The notes under the pieces: model-generated | Told to the model about the DNA's origin: nothing | Databases searched by the model: none | Seen by the model: the letters and a program-made list of their open reading frames with translations, nothing else | Shown here: one piece after another, positions 52,836-62,443 of the stretch | Position numbering within the stretch: the first letter of the stretch is position 1 | Layout of the letters: each line of letters starts with the position of its first letter | Program-made: the position numbers and the translations under genes | From: a virus | Lineage: Duplodnaviria; Caudoviricetes | Direction: 5' to 3' (one strand) | DNA: 64,000 nucleotides | Virus record (IMG/VR): IMGVR_UViG_3300035673_000002 | Coordinates: 1-64,000 of that record

Positions 52836-53596
52836 TCGCCCGCGGCCTTGCCGGCCTCAAAATCCTTGTTCAGTTGATTGCCCGCGGCGGCGTTCGCCGC
52901 GAGCGTGGCAGCGAAGTCCTTTCGGCTCACCGGCGTGCCGCTGGTTTGCTCGGCGGGGCCGAGCTTGTCGGCACCGAGCTCCGGCGTGGCGGGTGCTACG
53001 TCGCCCGGCATGGTCTGCCCGGCCGCGGCCTGATGCTCGGTCCTCGACGGTGGCGCCTTGAAACCGCCGGCGAGCGTCTCCTGGTGGTTGTTGTAGCCGG
53101 CCATCCAGGATCGATAGGCCTCGGTGTCGGGTGCGTGCGGCGGCTTGCGCGGCTGGTTGTTCATGCTCGCGATCTTGCCGGCGTCAAACGCGCGGTCGGT
53201 GATCGGTGTGCGGTCGGGCTGTTCGAACAGGTCCAGCTGGGCGCCCATAGGGTGGCCGATCCAACGAGCGACCTGGAGGCGATCCTTGACTTCGGCGACG
53301 ACTTTCGCCTCCGCCTTCGCCTTGCCGGCCAGCTGGTCGGCGATCTGCATCTGCTTGACCGTGTAGCCGTCGGCCTTGAGCGCGGCCTTCACATCGCGCC
53401 CGATTTCCTCGACCGCGGCGACCTTGCCCTGCCAGGAAATCCACGCGGTGCGGTGCTGCAGGAAGCCTTCCTGCATCTGATCGGCGGTGCGATCGCCGCC
53501 GTTGTCGCCCGGGCCGGCGGCGCCTGGCGCGTCAGCCTTGGTGCGCGGTTTGCGGGGTGACTTGCTCGCTCCGGTTTTCGGCGGTCGCTTGGCCAT
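52832..53596 (-). CDS. GapR/DUF2312-like nucleoid protein with C-terminal extension
   Basis: EE.GRDVKAALKADGY.VKQM...L...E..LQVARWIG...QLDLF. Confidence 0.6.
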   Translation of the reverse strand: MAKRPPKTGASKSPRKPRTKADAPGAAGPGDNGGDRTADQMQEGFLQHRTAWISWQGKVAAVEEIGRDVKAALKADGYTVKQMQIADQLAGKAKAEAKVVAEVKDRLQVARWIGHPMGAQLDLFEQPDRTPITDRAFDAGKIASMNNQPRKPPHAPDTEAYRSWMAGYNNHQETLAGGFKAPPSRTEHQAAAGQTMPGDVAPATPELGADKLGPAEQTSGTPVSRKDFAATLAANAAAGNQLNKDFEAGKAAGE

Positions 53597-54173
53597 CGGT
53601 GGGGCTCCCTGGGGTTGTGCCGAGTGGAATTTTAAAACGATGATGCGCTGCGGCGAGCCCGGCGACGCTCGCGAAGCGGTGGAACGGACAATAAAAATCG
53701 TTCGGATCATCGCGCCGTGGGCGCGCGCAGTGCAGGAACGGCGTGGTCTCAGTCACCGGCCAGCGGCATTCGTTCCAGGCGAGATCCAGGAGCGACTTGG
53801 CGCCGTGGTCGATGGACATCGAGCGGTGGACTTCGGCCGTGGTCGGTTCGCGCGGCTTGGCCGCCTCGGTGGCGCCCTTCGGCCGGATCGTGGGATTGAA
53901 ATTTCCGCGCGTCGCCGGCGGCTTTTTCGGCGGTGCGTTCGGGCCCTTGGTCGCCGGCCGGCCGCGGACGTTCATGTGGCCGAAGCCGTGCGTGTGCTCG
54001 CCCGGCCATTTGCGCCGGTTCTGGAGGCCGAGGACCTGGTTTCGGGTGATCGTGATGGCGAACTTGGCGGTCAACTCAAAAGCGATATCGCCGCCCGTGC
54101 GGCCCTCGCCCCACATCGCCTTGGCTTCGGCTACCCACTCCGGATCGTTTGGTTTCGCGTCGCGGTTTGTCAT
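53532..54173 (-). CDS. gcrA: GcrA-like cell-cycle regulator
   Basis: N-terminal W..G.TG.DIA.EL...TRNQV.G...R HTH; C-terminal SLLDL..NECRWPV...C....YCPFH. Confidence 0.85.
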   Translation of the reverse strand: MTNRDAKPNDPEWVAEAKAMWGEGRTGGDIAFELTAKFAITITRNQVLGLQNRRKWPGEHTHGFGHMNVRGRPATKGPNAPPKKPPATRGNFNPTIRPKGATEAAKPREPTTAEVHRSMSIDHGAKSLLDLAWNECRWPVTETTPFLHCARPRRDDPNDFYCPFHRFASVAGLAAAHHRFKIPLGTTPGSPTDGQATAENRSEQVTPQTAHQG

Positions 54174-54430
54174 GGCCCGGCGTCGGCTCCGGGTTGGAGG
54201 AAGTTCTCGGCGGCGGCTGGCGGGAGGTGTCCGCGATGCCCGAACCCCGGGCACGGCGACCACGCGTATGCCCGTTCGCGCGCGTTGTCAAACGAGCCGG
54301 GTGACGACGTTGCGAGTCCTGCCGTCGGCGAGACGCCGGCGCGAGCCGCCTTCGGCGAAGCGCAGCGCCGGCGGGATCTCTGCTCTCTCGGCTCGAGTCC
54401 CTCTGTGGTGGAAAAATGCTCTATCGGCAT
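54170..54430 (-). CDS. Possible small hypothetical protein
   Basis: ATGA coupling to gcrA; weak composition. Confidence 0.35.
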   Translation of the reverse strand: MPIEHFSTTEGLEPREQRSRRRCASPKAARAGVSPTAGLATSSPGSFDNARERAYAWSPCPGFGHRGHLPPAAAENFLQPGADAGP

Positions 54431-54494
54431 TTTCCCACTTTGATGGATCTGTGTTCTAACTGCCGCGCGCGTTCTTTATACGCAGATTTTCTGA

Positions 54495-54671
54495 GGTGAC
54501 AGCGTCCTAAAACCTGTCCCCTGGAGCGTGTCACCTTGTCACCATCCTTTGTTTTCAAATACTTGCGCGCATGGATTTTCGAGGCTCGTTCAGGCGTGTC
54601 CCCGGCGTTGTAACTTTGAGGGGACACTTCGGGTGACATGTCCCCTGCTTGTCCCCTGGCGTGTCCCCTGG
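54495..54671. repeat. Cluster of ten TGTC(C/A)CC heptamers (iteron/operator-like)
   Basis: TGTCCCC at 54515, 54597, 54620(rc), 54639, 54650, 54662; TGTCACC at 54496(rc), 54529, 54537, 54632(rc); flank an AT-rich core. Confidence 0.7.
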
Positions 54672-54877
54672 TCGCTCCGCGGGGCGGTCGGGGCGTCGTC
54701 TGCGGCGCCGATTTTGACATCATGAAATTCTTGCCCTATGGCTGTCGACGCGTTGCCGACCGACGAGGCTGCGTTCCGCTCTCCGCTTGCGCCATCGGGT
54801 GTATTCTAATACCCGGCGCTACCTGAAAGCACCGCCTCCCGGCCGCCTGCGCGGCGAACCGAATGGGAGGCTTTCCG

Positions 54878-56149
54878 ATGAAAATCATAGAGTTGCGCGC
54901 ATCGAATTTTGCGCGGTTGCGGGCTGTGGAAATCCGGCCCGATGGTCACTTGGTGCCCATCACCGGCGCCAACTCGCAGGGCAAGTCGTCGGTGCTGCGC
55001 TCGATCTGGACCGCCCTGGTCGGTCGCGCGGTGGCGCCTCCGGAGCCGATCCGGCTCGGCGCCGAGAAGGCGGTGATCAAGCTCGACCTGGGGGCGCTGT
55101 CGATCGTCCGGACGTTCAAGCGCACCAAGCACGACGACGTGACGTCGGACCTGGTCATCACCGACGTCGACGGCGGGCGGGTCACCCGGAAGCCGCAGGA
55201 GCTCATCGATGGGCTGCTAGGCGATCTGTCGTTCGATCCCCTGGCGTTCGCCCGGTCCAAGCCTGCGGACCAGCTGGCGGTGCTCAAGGGGCTCGTGCGC
55301 GGGTTCGACTTCGACAAGGCGGCGCGCGAGCGTCTTCGGCTGTTTGTGGAGCGCACCGATGCGAACCGGCTCGCGAAGGCGTCCCAGACGCGAGCGCTGG
55401 GCATCCAGTTGCCGGCGGGCCCGGTGCCCGCGCCGATCGACACGGCCGCTCTGATGGCGCAGCTGAACTCGGCTAATCAAACGAATGCCACCCGCCAGCG
55501 GCAACTCTCGGAGAGCCAGCGGATGGTGGATGAGGCGGGTAGGCAGTTGGACGAAGCTGAACGTCTGCGGGCCCGTGCCAGCGCGCTTGAGATCAGCGCG
55601 GCCGCTCTGATGAAGAGCGCCGGCGAGGTCGGGGCGCGGGCGCCGGCGGAGGTTGATGTTTCCGAGATCACGGCCGCGCTTGGCTCGGCCGAGCGGGTGC
55701 TCGGGGTGCGCAATCTGCACGAGGAGCGCCGGCGGCATGAGGCCGATGCCGAGGCGCAGGCGCAGGAATCGCAGCGGCTGACCGAGGCGATCGAGGCGCT
55801 GGATGCCGATGCGCAGGAGGCGGTCGAAATGGCGAAGCTCCCGGCCGGGCTTTCGCTCACCAGCGACGGCGTGCTGCTCAATGGGCATCCGTTCGAGGTG
55901 GCCGGCACGGCCGAGAAGATCGTGGCGTCGGTCAATGTCGGGATGACGCTCAATCCCGACCTGCGCGTGATGCTCATCGACGAGGGTTCCGAGCTCGACA
56001 GCAAGGCGCTCGCTCTCCTGGCGTCGCTGGCCGAGGAGCGCGATTTCCAGATCTGGTACTGCCGGGTCGAGGAGGGCGAGAAGGGCGCGGGGTTCCGCAT
56101 CGAAGATGGCAGCAATGTCGGCCAGCGCGGCGCGGTGGCTGCAGAATGA
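54878..56149 (+). CDS. SMC/RecF/SbcC-like AAA ATPase with coiled coil
   Basis: Walker A GANSQGKSS, Walker B MLIDEGSELD; GGGAGG RBS. Confidence 0.85.
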   Translation: MKIIELRASNFARLRAVEIRPDGHLVPITGANSQGKSSVLRSIWTALVGRAVAPPEPIRLGAEKAVIKLDLGALSIVRTFKRTKHDDVTSDLVITDVDGGRVTRKPQELIDGLLGDLSFDPLAFARSKPADQLAVLKGLVRGFDFDKAARERLRLFVERTDANRLAKASQTRALGIQLPAGPVPAPIDTAALMAQLNSANQTNATRQRQLSESQRMVDEAGRQLDEAERLRARASALEISAAALMKSAGEVGARAPAEVDVSEITAALGSAERVLGVRNLHEERRRHEADAEAQAQESQRLTEAIEALDADAQEAVEMAKLPAGLSLTSDGVLLNGHPFEVAGTAEKIVASVNVGMTLNPDLRVMLIDEGSELDSKALALLASLAEERDFQIWYCRVEEGEKGAGFRIEDGSNVGQRGAVAAE

Positions 56150-56640
56150 GCACCGAGGACGATATCACGCGCGAGGTCGAGGCTCTGGCCAACGCGCTGA
56201 CGGATGGCATCGCAGACAATATGCGCTTTGCCGATCGGAGCGCCGCACGCGCGGCCATCATCCTCGGTCGCGGTTTGCTGGCTCGCGCTCTGCGCAGCCT
56301 CGAGCGCATCGCGGTCGCGGTCGAGGGCTCTCCCGCGCCAGCATCGGCGCGACCGTCTGGGTCGCCCTTTGATCCCGCCGTTCATGAAAAGTGGGAGGCG
56401 GCGACAGCGATGAATGAGCGCATGCGCGCCGCCGCGGTTGCAGGTCAATGGCTGGACTTTAGGATGAATGCTTTAACGCAGATGGTGCCCGGCGATCCGG
56501 ACTGTGACGCCTGCGCTCTTGCGCGGTCGTATCTGCGCGCGCTCGAGAAGATCGCTCGGCTCACGCGCATCGTCGTGGACCAGGCCGAGGCCGAGCACGA
56601 GTTGCGGGACGAGTGGCCACAACCGGACGGGGGCAAGTGA
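56146..56640 (+). CDS. Hypothetical protein
   Basis: Coupled on both sides. Confidence 0.6.
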   Translation: MSTEDDITREVEALANALTDGIADNMRFADRSAARAAIILGRGLLARALRSLERIAVAVEGSPAPASARPSGSPFDPAVHEKWEAATAMNERMRAAAVAGQWLDFRMNALTQMVPGDPDCDACALARSYLRALEKIARLTRIVVDQAEAEHELRDEWPQPDGGK

Positions 56641-57623
56641 TGGACGCGATTGCTGTCGACCGACCTAAGCTCCGGGATCCCGGCATTTATTTTGATCTCG
56701 ACGAGGACGTGTACCACGCCGATCCGGCGCTGGGCTCGAGCGACGAGCGCCGGCTCGCGCTCAATCCGTCCGACTACTGGTGGGGCTCGTGGATGAACCC
56801 GCGGCGGCGGCCCGACAAGGAAACACCCTCGACGATTCGGGGATCCGCGGTGCACGCCCTCGTGCTCTACGGCGAGGCCGTGTTCGACGAGCGCTACATG
56901 CGCGGCGCCGAGCTCACCGAGGATATGACCGCGGCGGAGAAGGGCGCGCTGACTAAGGCTGCGAACAAGAAGGCGGAGGAGCGCGGCCTCGTGGCGCTCC
57001 CGGCCGAGACTTACGACAACATCGCCATTGCCTCGGCGATGATCGCCAAAAATCCGAAGCTCGCGAAGGCGCTGGTCGGCGGCGTCAATGAGGTTTCGAT
57101 CTTCTGGCGCGATCGCGCGAATGGCATTCCGAAGAAGGCGCGCGTGGATTGCATGAAGGTGGCGCGGCGAAACCAGGTTTCCTACCTCGGCCTGGGCGAT
57201 CTCAAAAGCCTCGTAAACAAATACGACAAGCCGTTTCCGAAGGCCTGCACCGATGCGATTTCGAACTACCGCTATGACGTGCAGGCGAAGCATTACATGA
57301 ACGGCTGCTCGCTCATTCCCAAGCTGGTCGCGGACGGTTGCGTGCACGGCTCGCATGATCCGGACGTGCTCAAACTCCTGGCGTCGACGACGGCGTGCGC
57401 GTGGCAGTTTGTGTTCTGGCAGGCCGAGGGCGCTCCGCTCACGTTCTCCAAGGTGATCTCGCCGGCGAACCCGCTGCTCGAGGTGGCGCAGGCCACGCTC
57501 GATCGCGCGGACCACAACTACCTCGATTACATGGAGCGCTTCGGCACGTCGATGTGGCTGCTCGAGGAAGAGCCGACCGAGCTCTTGCTTGAAGAGTTGC
57601 CGCCCTGGCACGCGCGGGATTGA
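56640..57623 (+). CDS. RecE/Exonuclease VIII-like PD-(D/E)xK nuclease
   Basis: PGIY.DL....YHAD.ALGSS, GSAVH.L.L, E.SIFW.D......KAR.D, DLKS, Y.Y.VQA..Y. Confidence 0.85.
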   Translation: MDAIAVDRPKLRDPGIYFDLDEDVYHADPALGSSDERRLALNPSDYWWGSWMNPRRRPDKETPSTIRGSAVHALVLYGEAVFDERYMRGAELTEDMTAAEKGALTKAANKKAEERGLVALPAETYDNIAIASAMIAKNPKLAKALVGGVNEVSIFWRDRANGIPKKARVDCMKVARRNQVSYLGLGDLKSLVNKYDKPFPKACTDAISNYRYDVQAKHYMNGCSLIPKLVADGCVHGSHDPDVLKLLASTTACAWQFVFWQAEGAPLTFSKVISPANPLLEVAQATLDRADHNYLDYMERFGTSMWLLEEEPTELLLEELPPWHARD

Positions 57624-57629
57624 TCGCAA

Positions 57630-58040
57630 ATGGCTCGCTCCTTCTTCCGCGATTTCACACGCGACGACGGTTCGCGTGTCACCGTCGAATACGAGGTGTC
57701 GAGCTACGGTTCGCCCGCCACCTATTCGCCGATCTCTGGCGCTGATGGCGGCGATGCGTTCGAGATAGAGATCGTCTCCTGCTGGCCGAGCACCGAGCAG
57801 TACGATCGCCTTCTCGCCGAGCGTGCGTGTGAGTTGACCGTGGCTGGGGGGACCTGGCCGTGGGCCTCGATTTGGCGGGCGGCGCTTTGGCTCGATCGGT
57901 TCGTCCTGGCCTGGCGGATCAAACGCCTGGAGCGACGCGCTCAACTCTCCGCATCCGAGAGCGAGCGGTTCGAAGCTAACGTCGCGGAGTTCGGCGATCA
58001 CTTCCCAGATGACGATGACTGTGACGAGCGGGGATTTTGA
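57630..58040 (+). CDS. Hypothetical protein
   Basis: In operon; acidic C-terminus. Confidence 0.6.
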   Translation: MARSFFRDFTRDDGSRVTVEYEVSSYGSPATYSPISGADGGDAFEIEIVSCWPSTEQYDRLLAERACELTVAGGTWPWASIWRAALWLDRFVLAWRIKRLERRAQLSASESERFEANVAEFGDHFPDDDDCDERGF

Positions 58041-58191
58041 AGTGCCGGCCGCCCAGATCGACGAGCGCGCGTTCTTTGTCTGCATGCTCGCGGTGGTCGC
58101 TTCGTTTATGGCGTTCTTCGCCGGAGATCGTGCGTCTGCGATCCTGCTCATGCTGCTGACGCACCTGACCGTGAAAGGGATCCGGCTATGA
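58009..58191 (+). CDS. Small membrane protein
   Basis: FFVCMLAVVASFMAFFAG / AILLMLLTHL. Confidence 0.5.
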   Translation: MTMTVTSGDFEVPAAQIDERAFFVCMLAVVASFMAFFAGDRASAILLMLLTHLTVKGIRL

Positions 58192-58553
58192 AGTTTTCCG
58201 GCGACGCGACCGATGTCACTGCTCTGGTCAAATATGCCGAGAGCCTCGAGCGCGACCTGGATCGCTCGCAGGAGGCATCGGCCACCGCTCGTGCCGCACT
58301 CGGCGCGCAGCTGCAGCAGACGCGCGCGGCGGTGAATGGGGCGAAGATAGCGGCGGATAACGTGCTCAAGATCATCGAGGACCTGACCGCCCGTTGCGAG
58401 GCCTATTCCCTGGTGCTGTGGACCGCGGCGAACAGTCCTGGCTTCGACGAAACTGCTGTGCGCAAAGTGCTCACGTTTGAGGTTACCGAGTTGCTGGTCG
58501 CATTGCGCGGCCAGCCGTGTCCCGTTCCACCCAAACCGAAGGAAGCATCCTAA
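58188..58553 (+). CDS. Coiled-coil hypothetical protein
   Basis: ATGA/TAATG coupling. Confidence 0.65.
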   Translation: MKFSGDATDVTALVKYAESLERDLDRSQEASATARAALGAQLQQTRAAVNGAKIAADNVLKIIEDLTARCEAYSLVLWTAANSPGFDETAVRKVLTFEVTELLVALRGQPCPVPPKPKEAS

Positions 58554-59953
58554 TGGGCGATCCCCGAGACGACATGGACGGCCCGGTCATTGATCAGGCC
58601 GGGAATTCTGTTCTCGATCCGAAGAAGGCGCTGGCCGAGCCGACGCTCGCGGTCGACCTGGCCGCGGTCGAGTTCGACCGGCTCATCGCCACCGCGCATC
58701 GGTTCCCGCGCATCATCAAAACGATGGAGGCGCAGATCGAAGGCCTGGCGACGCACAACGAGGCCGCGGCGGAGAATTCCGTCTATGCGCTCCCTCGTGG
58801 CGGCAAGGCGATCGTCGGGCCCTCGATCGGCTTTGCGAACATCGTCGCCTCGGCCTGGGGCAATTGCTGGGACCATGGGCGCTGGGTCTACACCGATCGC
58901 AAGGAGAAGGTGGTCGTGTGTGAGGGCGTCTTCATCGATTGGCAGTCCAATCGCCGTCTCTCGACCACCGAGCAGCGCCGGATCGTCGGCTCGAGCGGCC
59001 GCATCTACACCGATGACATGATCATCATCACGTCGAAGGCTGCCACCCAGATCGCTCGGCGCAATGCGATCCTAAACGCGGTGCCGCGCGCGCTCTGGTT
59101 CCCGAGCTATGAGAAGGCGCTTTTCATGGTTCGCGGCGAGGAGAAGACGCTGCCGGAGCGCCGGTCGAAGGCGATCAAAGCGATGGCGAACTTCGGCATC
59201 GATCCGAAAAAAATCTACATGTACCTCAACGTGAAAGACGAGGGGGAAATCGGCATCGAGCATATGCCGACGCTGCGCGGCATGTTCGCCCAGCTGCGCG
59301 ACGGCTCGGTCACGCCCGAGGAGATGTTCGATCCGCGGCGCATGATGGGCCGGGGTTTCGACATGGTGGACAATCCGCTCGGCGGCGACGGCGAGGGCGA
59401 GGCTCCCGCGGTGCCGGCCGGCGGCGTCGAAACCAGGGGCGCGGAGCCCGATTCGACCGCGGGCCTGGGCGAGGCGCCGGAGGCTGCCCGCACGGAAGGG
59501 GTCGCTGTGACCGGGAAACAGGCCGCCGGTGAGCTCCCGCTGGAGACCGGGGGGAAGGCGCCCGGTCCTGGCGCCAGCGCACAGGCGCCTGCGGCTGCCC
59601 AGTCGGCCGGGGATTCGGCTCCGGCCAAGGCCGGTCCGGTCGTGTCGGAGGCGGCGGTCGCCCGATCGGCGAAGCCGGCCGCCCAGCAGGAGGCGACGCC
59701 GGCGAAGCCTGCTGCGGCCGCTGCGGCGGCGCCGGCGGAGAACGATGAGCCGACCAACCCTGCCGAGTATGTGGCAGAATGGCTGGCGTTCTGCTCGACG
59801 GCGGCGTCGGCGGCCGCCATCCAGAAAAAGTGGGCCGACGAGCGGGCGCTCCGCAAAGGCCTCGGCGCCAAGAGCGCCGGCGGGTTCTCGGAGGAGCAAT
59901 TCACGGAATGCACGAGCGCGCGCGCTCGGGCCGAAGCTCGGCTCGCCGGATGA
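58553..59953 (+). CDS. Putative single-strand annealing recombinase with disordered C-terminus
   Basis: IATA.RFPR, YALPRGGK.I.GPS...A......WGN motif; co-located with the RecE-like nuclease. Confidence 0.7.
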   Translation: MGDPRDDMDGPVIDQAGNSVLDPKKALAEPTLAVDLAAVEFDRLIATAHRFPRIIKTMEAQIEGLATHNEAAAENSVYALPRGGKAIVGPSIGFANIVASAWGNCWDHGRWVYTDRKEKVVVCEGVFIDWQSNRRLSTTEQRRIVGSSGRIYTDDMIIITSKAATQIARRNAILNAVPRALWFPSYEKALFMVRGEEKTLPERRSKAIKAMANFGIDPKKIYMYLNVKDEGEIGIEHMPTLRGMFAQLRDGSVTPEEMFDPRRMMGRGFDMVDNPLGGDGEGEAPAVPAGGVETRGAEPDSTAGLGEAPEAARTEGVAVTGKQAAGELPLETGGKAPGPGASAQAPAAAQSAGDSAPAKAGPVVSEAAVARSAKPAAQQEATPAKPAAAAAAAPAENDEPTNPAEYVAEWLAFCSTAASAAAIQKKWADERALRKGLGAKSAGGFSEEQFTECTSARARAEARLAG

Positions 59954-60150
59954 ACCCCGAACAGCAGGCGGCCTACGTCAATGCGCAGGCCGCGTGCGCC
60001 CTGGCCGAATTGATGGCCATGACGCTCGAAAACGATATCGCGGTGGAGACCGGTGTGGAGCGGCCGCACAAGCCTCAAGCCTTTCGCAATCTGCCGTTGG
60101 CCTACTGTATCGGCCGTAACGATGTCATCGGCATGTTCGTCGGGAGGTGA
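59950..60150 (+). CDS. Small hypothetical protein
   Basis: ATGA coupling. Confidence 0.6.
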   Translation: MNPEQQAAYVNAQAACALAELMAMTLENDIAVETGVERPHKPQAFRNLPLAYCIGRNDVIGMFVGR

Positions 60151-60154
60151 GCGC

Positions 60155-60430
60155 GTGAAGATCGACCGGATTTGGATGCTCGAGAAGGCCATGCGCGACT
60201 TGCCGGCGCTCCTGAAGGCGGCGCGCGATCCGGTCGACTATGCGGCGCAGGACCTCGAGGGCTATCGGGCGATGGTGATCTCGGTGGGCGATCACTGCGA
60301 TGCGGGCGGCACGTTCGATGCGAGCGTGGCCATCGATCCGGAGACGTCGCACCTGGTGGCCGATGCCGTGCACCGCGTGGTCGCCGATGAACTTCGCAAG
60401 CTGAAAGCTGCGGCCGGCCGTGGTCAGTAA
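60155..60430 (+). CDS. Hypothetical protein
   Basis: GGGAGG RBS, GTG start. Confidence 0.6.
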   Translation: MKIDRIWMLEKAMRDLPALLKAARDPVDYAAQDLEGYRAMVISVGDHCDAGGTFDASVAIDPETSHLVADAVHRVVADELRKLKAAAGRGQ

Positions 60431-60737
60431 AAACACCGAGCTTTGCATGAAGTCTGGTCGTCGGCATGCGCTCGACGTTTTGGCGGCGCTCGATCGGTGC
60501 TCCGAGGGCTGCAACACGTTTTGGGCAGTCGTCCACGAGAGCGGCCGCAACAGTGCGTGCGTCAAATACGCTCTTGATGCCCTTGTGGAACACGGCGCGA
60601 TCGTGCGCCCGTGGCCGGGCAGGTGGCTCATCACCGAGCGCGGCAGGATCGCGCTCGCTCTGCGCGCCGGCAGGATCGAGCGCGCTCGTCATCAGCTAGA
60701 AGGTCGGCGCCGCGCGCAGATGGAGACTCGCCCATGA
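60420..60737 (+). CDS. Winged-helix-like protein
   Basis: ALD.LVEHG.I.....W.ITERGR.AL. Confidence 0.6.
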   Translation: MVSKNTELCMKSGRRHALDVLAALDRCSEGCNTFWAVVHESGRNSACVKYALDALVEHGAIVRPWPGRWLITERGRIALALRAGRIERARHQLEGRRRAQMETRP

Positions 60738-60985
60738 CGTATCGAATTGAGCGCTGCCAGTGCGGGCATGCCTCGTGCAAGGATTGGCATGTGCATCCCG
60801 TTGCCGCGGTGCAATGCGTCAAGTTCACCGAAGAGCAGGCGGCCGTCACCGCGGTCGCGCTCGCGAAGCTCGACGGCATCAAAGGACTCTGCATCCGGTG
60901 CGGCTCGACCGATAGGAAGGTGGTCGACCAGTGCGCGTTCGAGGGCGGCGGCATCGGCCCGCGGTGCGAATGGCGGGTGCCGTGA
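60734..60985 (+). CDS. Cys/His-rich small protein
   Basis: CQCGHASC, CIRC. Confidence 0.6.
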   Translation: MTYRIERCQCGHASCKDWHVHPVAAVQCVKFTEEQAAVTAVALAKLDGIKGLCIRCGSTDRKVVDQCAFEGGGIGPRCEWRVP

Positions 60986-61158
60986 TGAGCAAATACGACG
61001 ATCTGCGCCGCATGCGGGAGCAACAGGTCGAAGAGAACCGGCGCGATGCTGCAATCGCTCGCCGCCGGCTACGCGAAATCAACTCGGGAAAGGTGAAGCT
61101 GCTCTCTGTCGATGAGGTCAAGGCGGCGACGTCGCGCAGGCCGAGGAGGCACAAGTGA
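60985..61158 (+). CDS. Small protein resembling an addiction-module antitoxin C-terminus
   Basis: ARRRLREINSGKVKLLSVDEV. Confidence 0.55.
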   Translation: MSKYDDLRRMREQQVEENRRDAAIARRRLREINSGKVKLLSVDEVKAATSRRPRRHK

Positions 61159-61991
61159 CCAGGATCATCCGTGTCATCGACTTCGAGACCTGCGGGTTTC
61201 CTCCGGACAACGCGCAAATCGTCGAGGTGGCGACGGTCGATCTGGTGCCCGCGCTCGCCGGGACCAGGACCGATGGCAGCGCGCTGCTGCTGTGGCGGCG
61301 TGGTCGCGTATGGCAATCGCTTGTCCAGCCGATGCGCGACATCCCGCCCGAGGCGAGCGCCATCCATCACATTACGAATGACATGGTGTTCGGCTGCCCT
61401 GAGTTTCACACTCTCCTGCCGCACATTCTCGATGGCGATCCCGTGTTCTGCGCCCACAACTCGCGCTTTGAGATCGAGTGCGCGAAGCTCAACGAGCACG
61501 TGCCCGTATCGGCGAAGCCATTCGATCCTTCAGAGCCGTTGGTGCCAGCTGCGTTGCCGCTGTCCGCTCGGCCGATGCTCTGCACGTACAAGGGCGCGGT
61601 GACAGCGTGGCCGGATGCGCCGGCGCACGGCAATCAGGTTATGCGGTACTGGCTCGGGCTTAAGCTGCAGCCTCCGGATGAGCTTCCAGAACTCTACGCC
61701 CCGCATCGCGCCCTCGGGGACGCGGTGGTTACGGCCGCGATCGCGCGCCGCATCCTCGCAATCCCGGCGTGCACGATCGAGGATTGGCTGGCGCTGTCTT
61801 CCGGGCCCATCCTGCTGCCTCGGCTCACGTTCGGCGAGCATGCGATGAAACCGATCGCGGAAGTGCCGACCAGCTACTTCGACTGGATCGTCAACAAGTC
61901 GAAGGGCCCGTGGGATCCCGACGTCATGTACACGGCGCAGACGCAGTTGGCGGAGCGCCGCGCGGCGTCGCGCTCGAGGAGTCCGGTCTGA
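61155..61991 (+). CDS. DEDDh 3'-5' exonuclease (ExoX-like)
   Basis: VIDFETCG, AHNSRFE, HRALGDA; C-terminal FG.H...I.EVP..Y..W motif. Confidence 0.88.
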   Translation: MTRIIRVIDFETCGFPPDNAQIVEVATVDLVPALAGTRTDGSALLLWRRGRVWQSLVQPMRDIPPEASAIHHITNDMVFGCPEFHTLLPHILDGDPVFCAHNSRFEIECAKLNEHVPVSAKPFDPSEPLVPAALPLSARPMLCTYKGAVTAWPDAPAHGNQVMRYWLGLKLQPPDELPELYAPHRALGDAVVTAAIARRILAIPACTIEDWLALSSGPILLPRLTFGEHAMKPIAEVPTSYFDWIVNKSKGPWDPDVMYTAQTQLAERRAASRSRSPV

Positions 61992-62443
61992 TGGTCGCCT
62001 ATTCCTTCCAGCACCGGTTCGTGGCGCCGATCTGCCTGGGCCTCGGGCGCGACATTCCCGAGGGCTTCGAGGTCGGCTCTGGCCTTCGTGAGCAGGAGCC
62101 GAAGCGGCAGACGATCCGCGCGATCGGCAAGAAGCGACACGCGCGTGCCGGCGAACTCGTCCAGCTTTACCACGGGATGCGCACGAAGGGGTGCTTCCAG
62201 ATCGGCGTCGCGCGTTGCGTCGATTGCCTGCCGATCTTCATGAAAGTCGGCGATCCGAACCTCGGCCCCTACGTCCGCATCGAGGGGCGCCATCCGTTTG
62301 CGGCTCATCATCAACTCGACTACTTCGCGCGCAACGACGGATTCTCCAACTTCGCCGAAATGACCCTGTTCTGGCTCGATCACCATCCGGCCGAGGCGTA
62401 CGGTTTCCGCGGCGTCATCGTCTTCTGGGAGCCTCTCACGTGA
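61991..62443 (+). CDS. ASCH/PUA-like protein
   Basis: YSF...F...I......K.QTIR.....R.GE..QLY.GMRTK; FAR.DGF. Confidence 0.7.
   Translation: MVAYSFQHRFVAPICLGLGRDIPEGFEVGSGLREQEPKRQTIRAIGKKRHARAGELVQLYHGMRTKGCFQIGVARCVDCLPIFMKVGDPNLGPYVRIEGRHPFAAHHQLDYFARNDGFSNFAEMTLFWLDHHPAEAYGFRGVIVFWEPLT

Noticed and set aside
54421-54723. 100-aa minus-strand ORF over the heptamer array
   Set aside because: No RBS and low-complexity sequence dictated by the repeats; not listed as a CDS, though not excluded.
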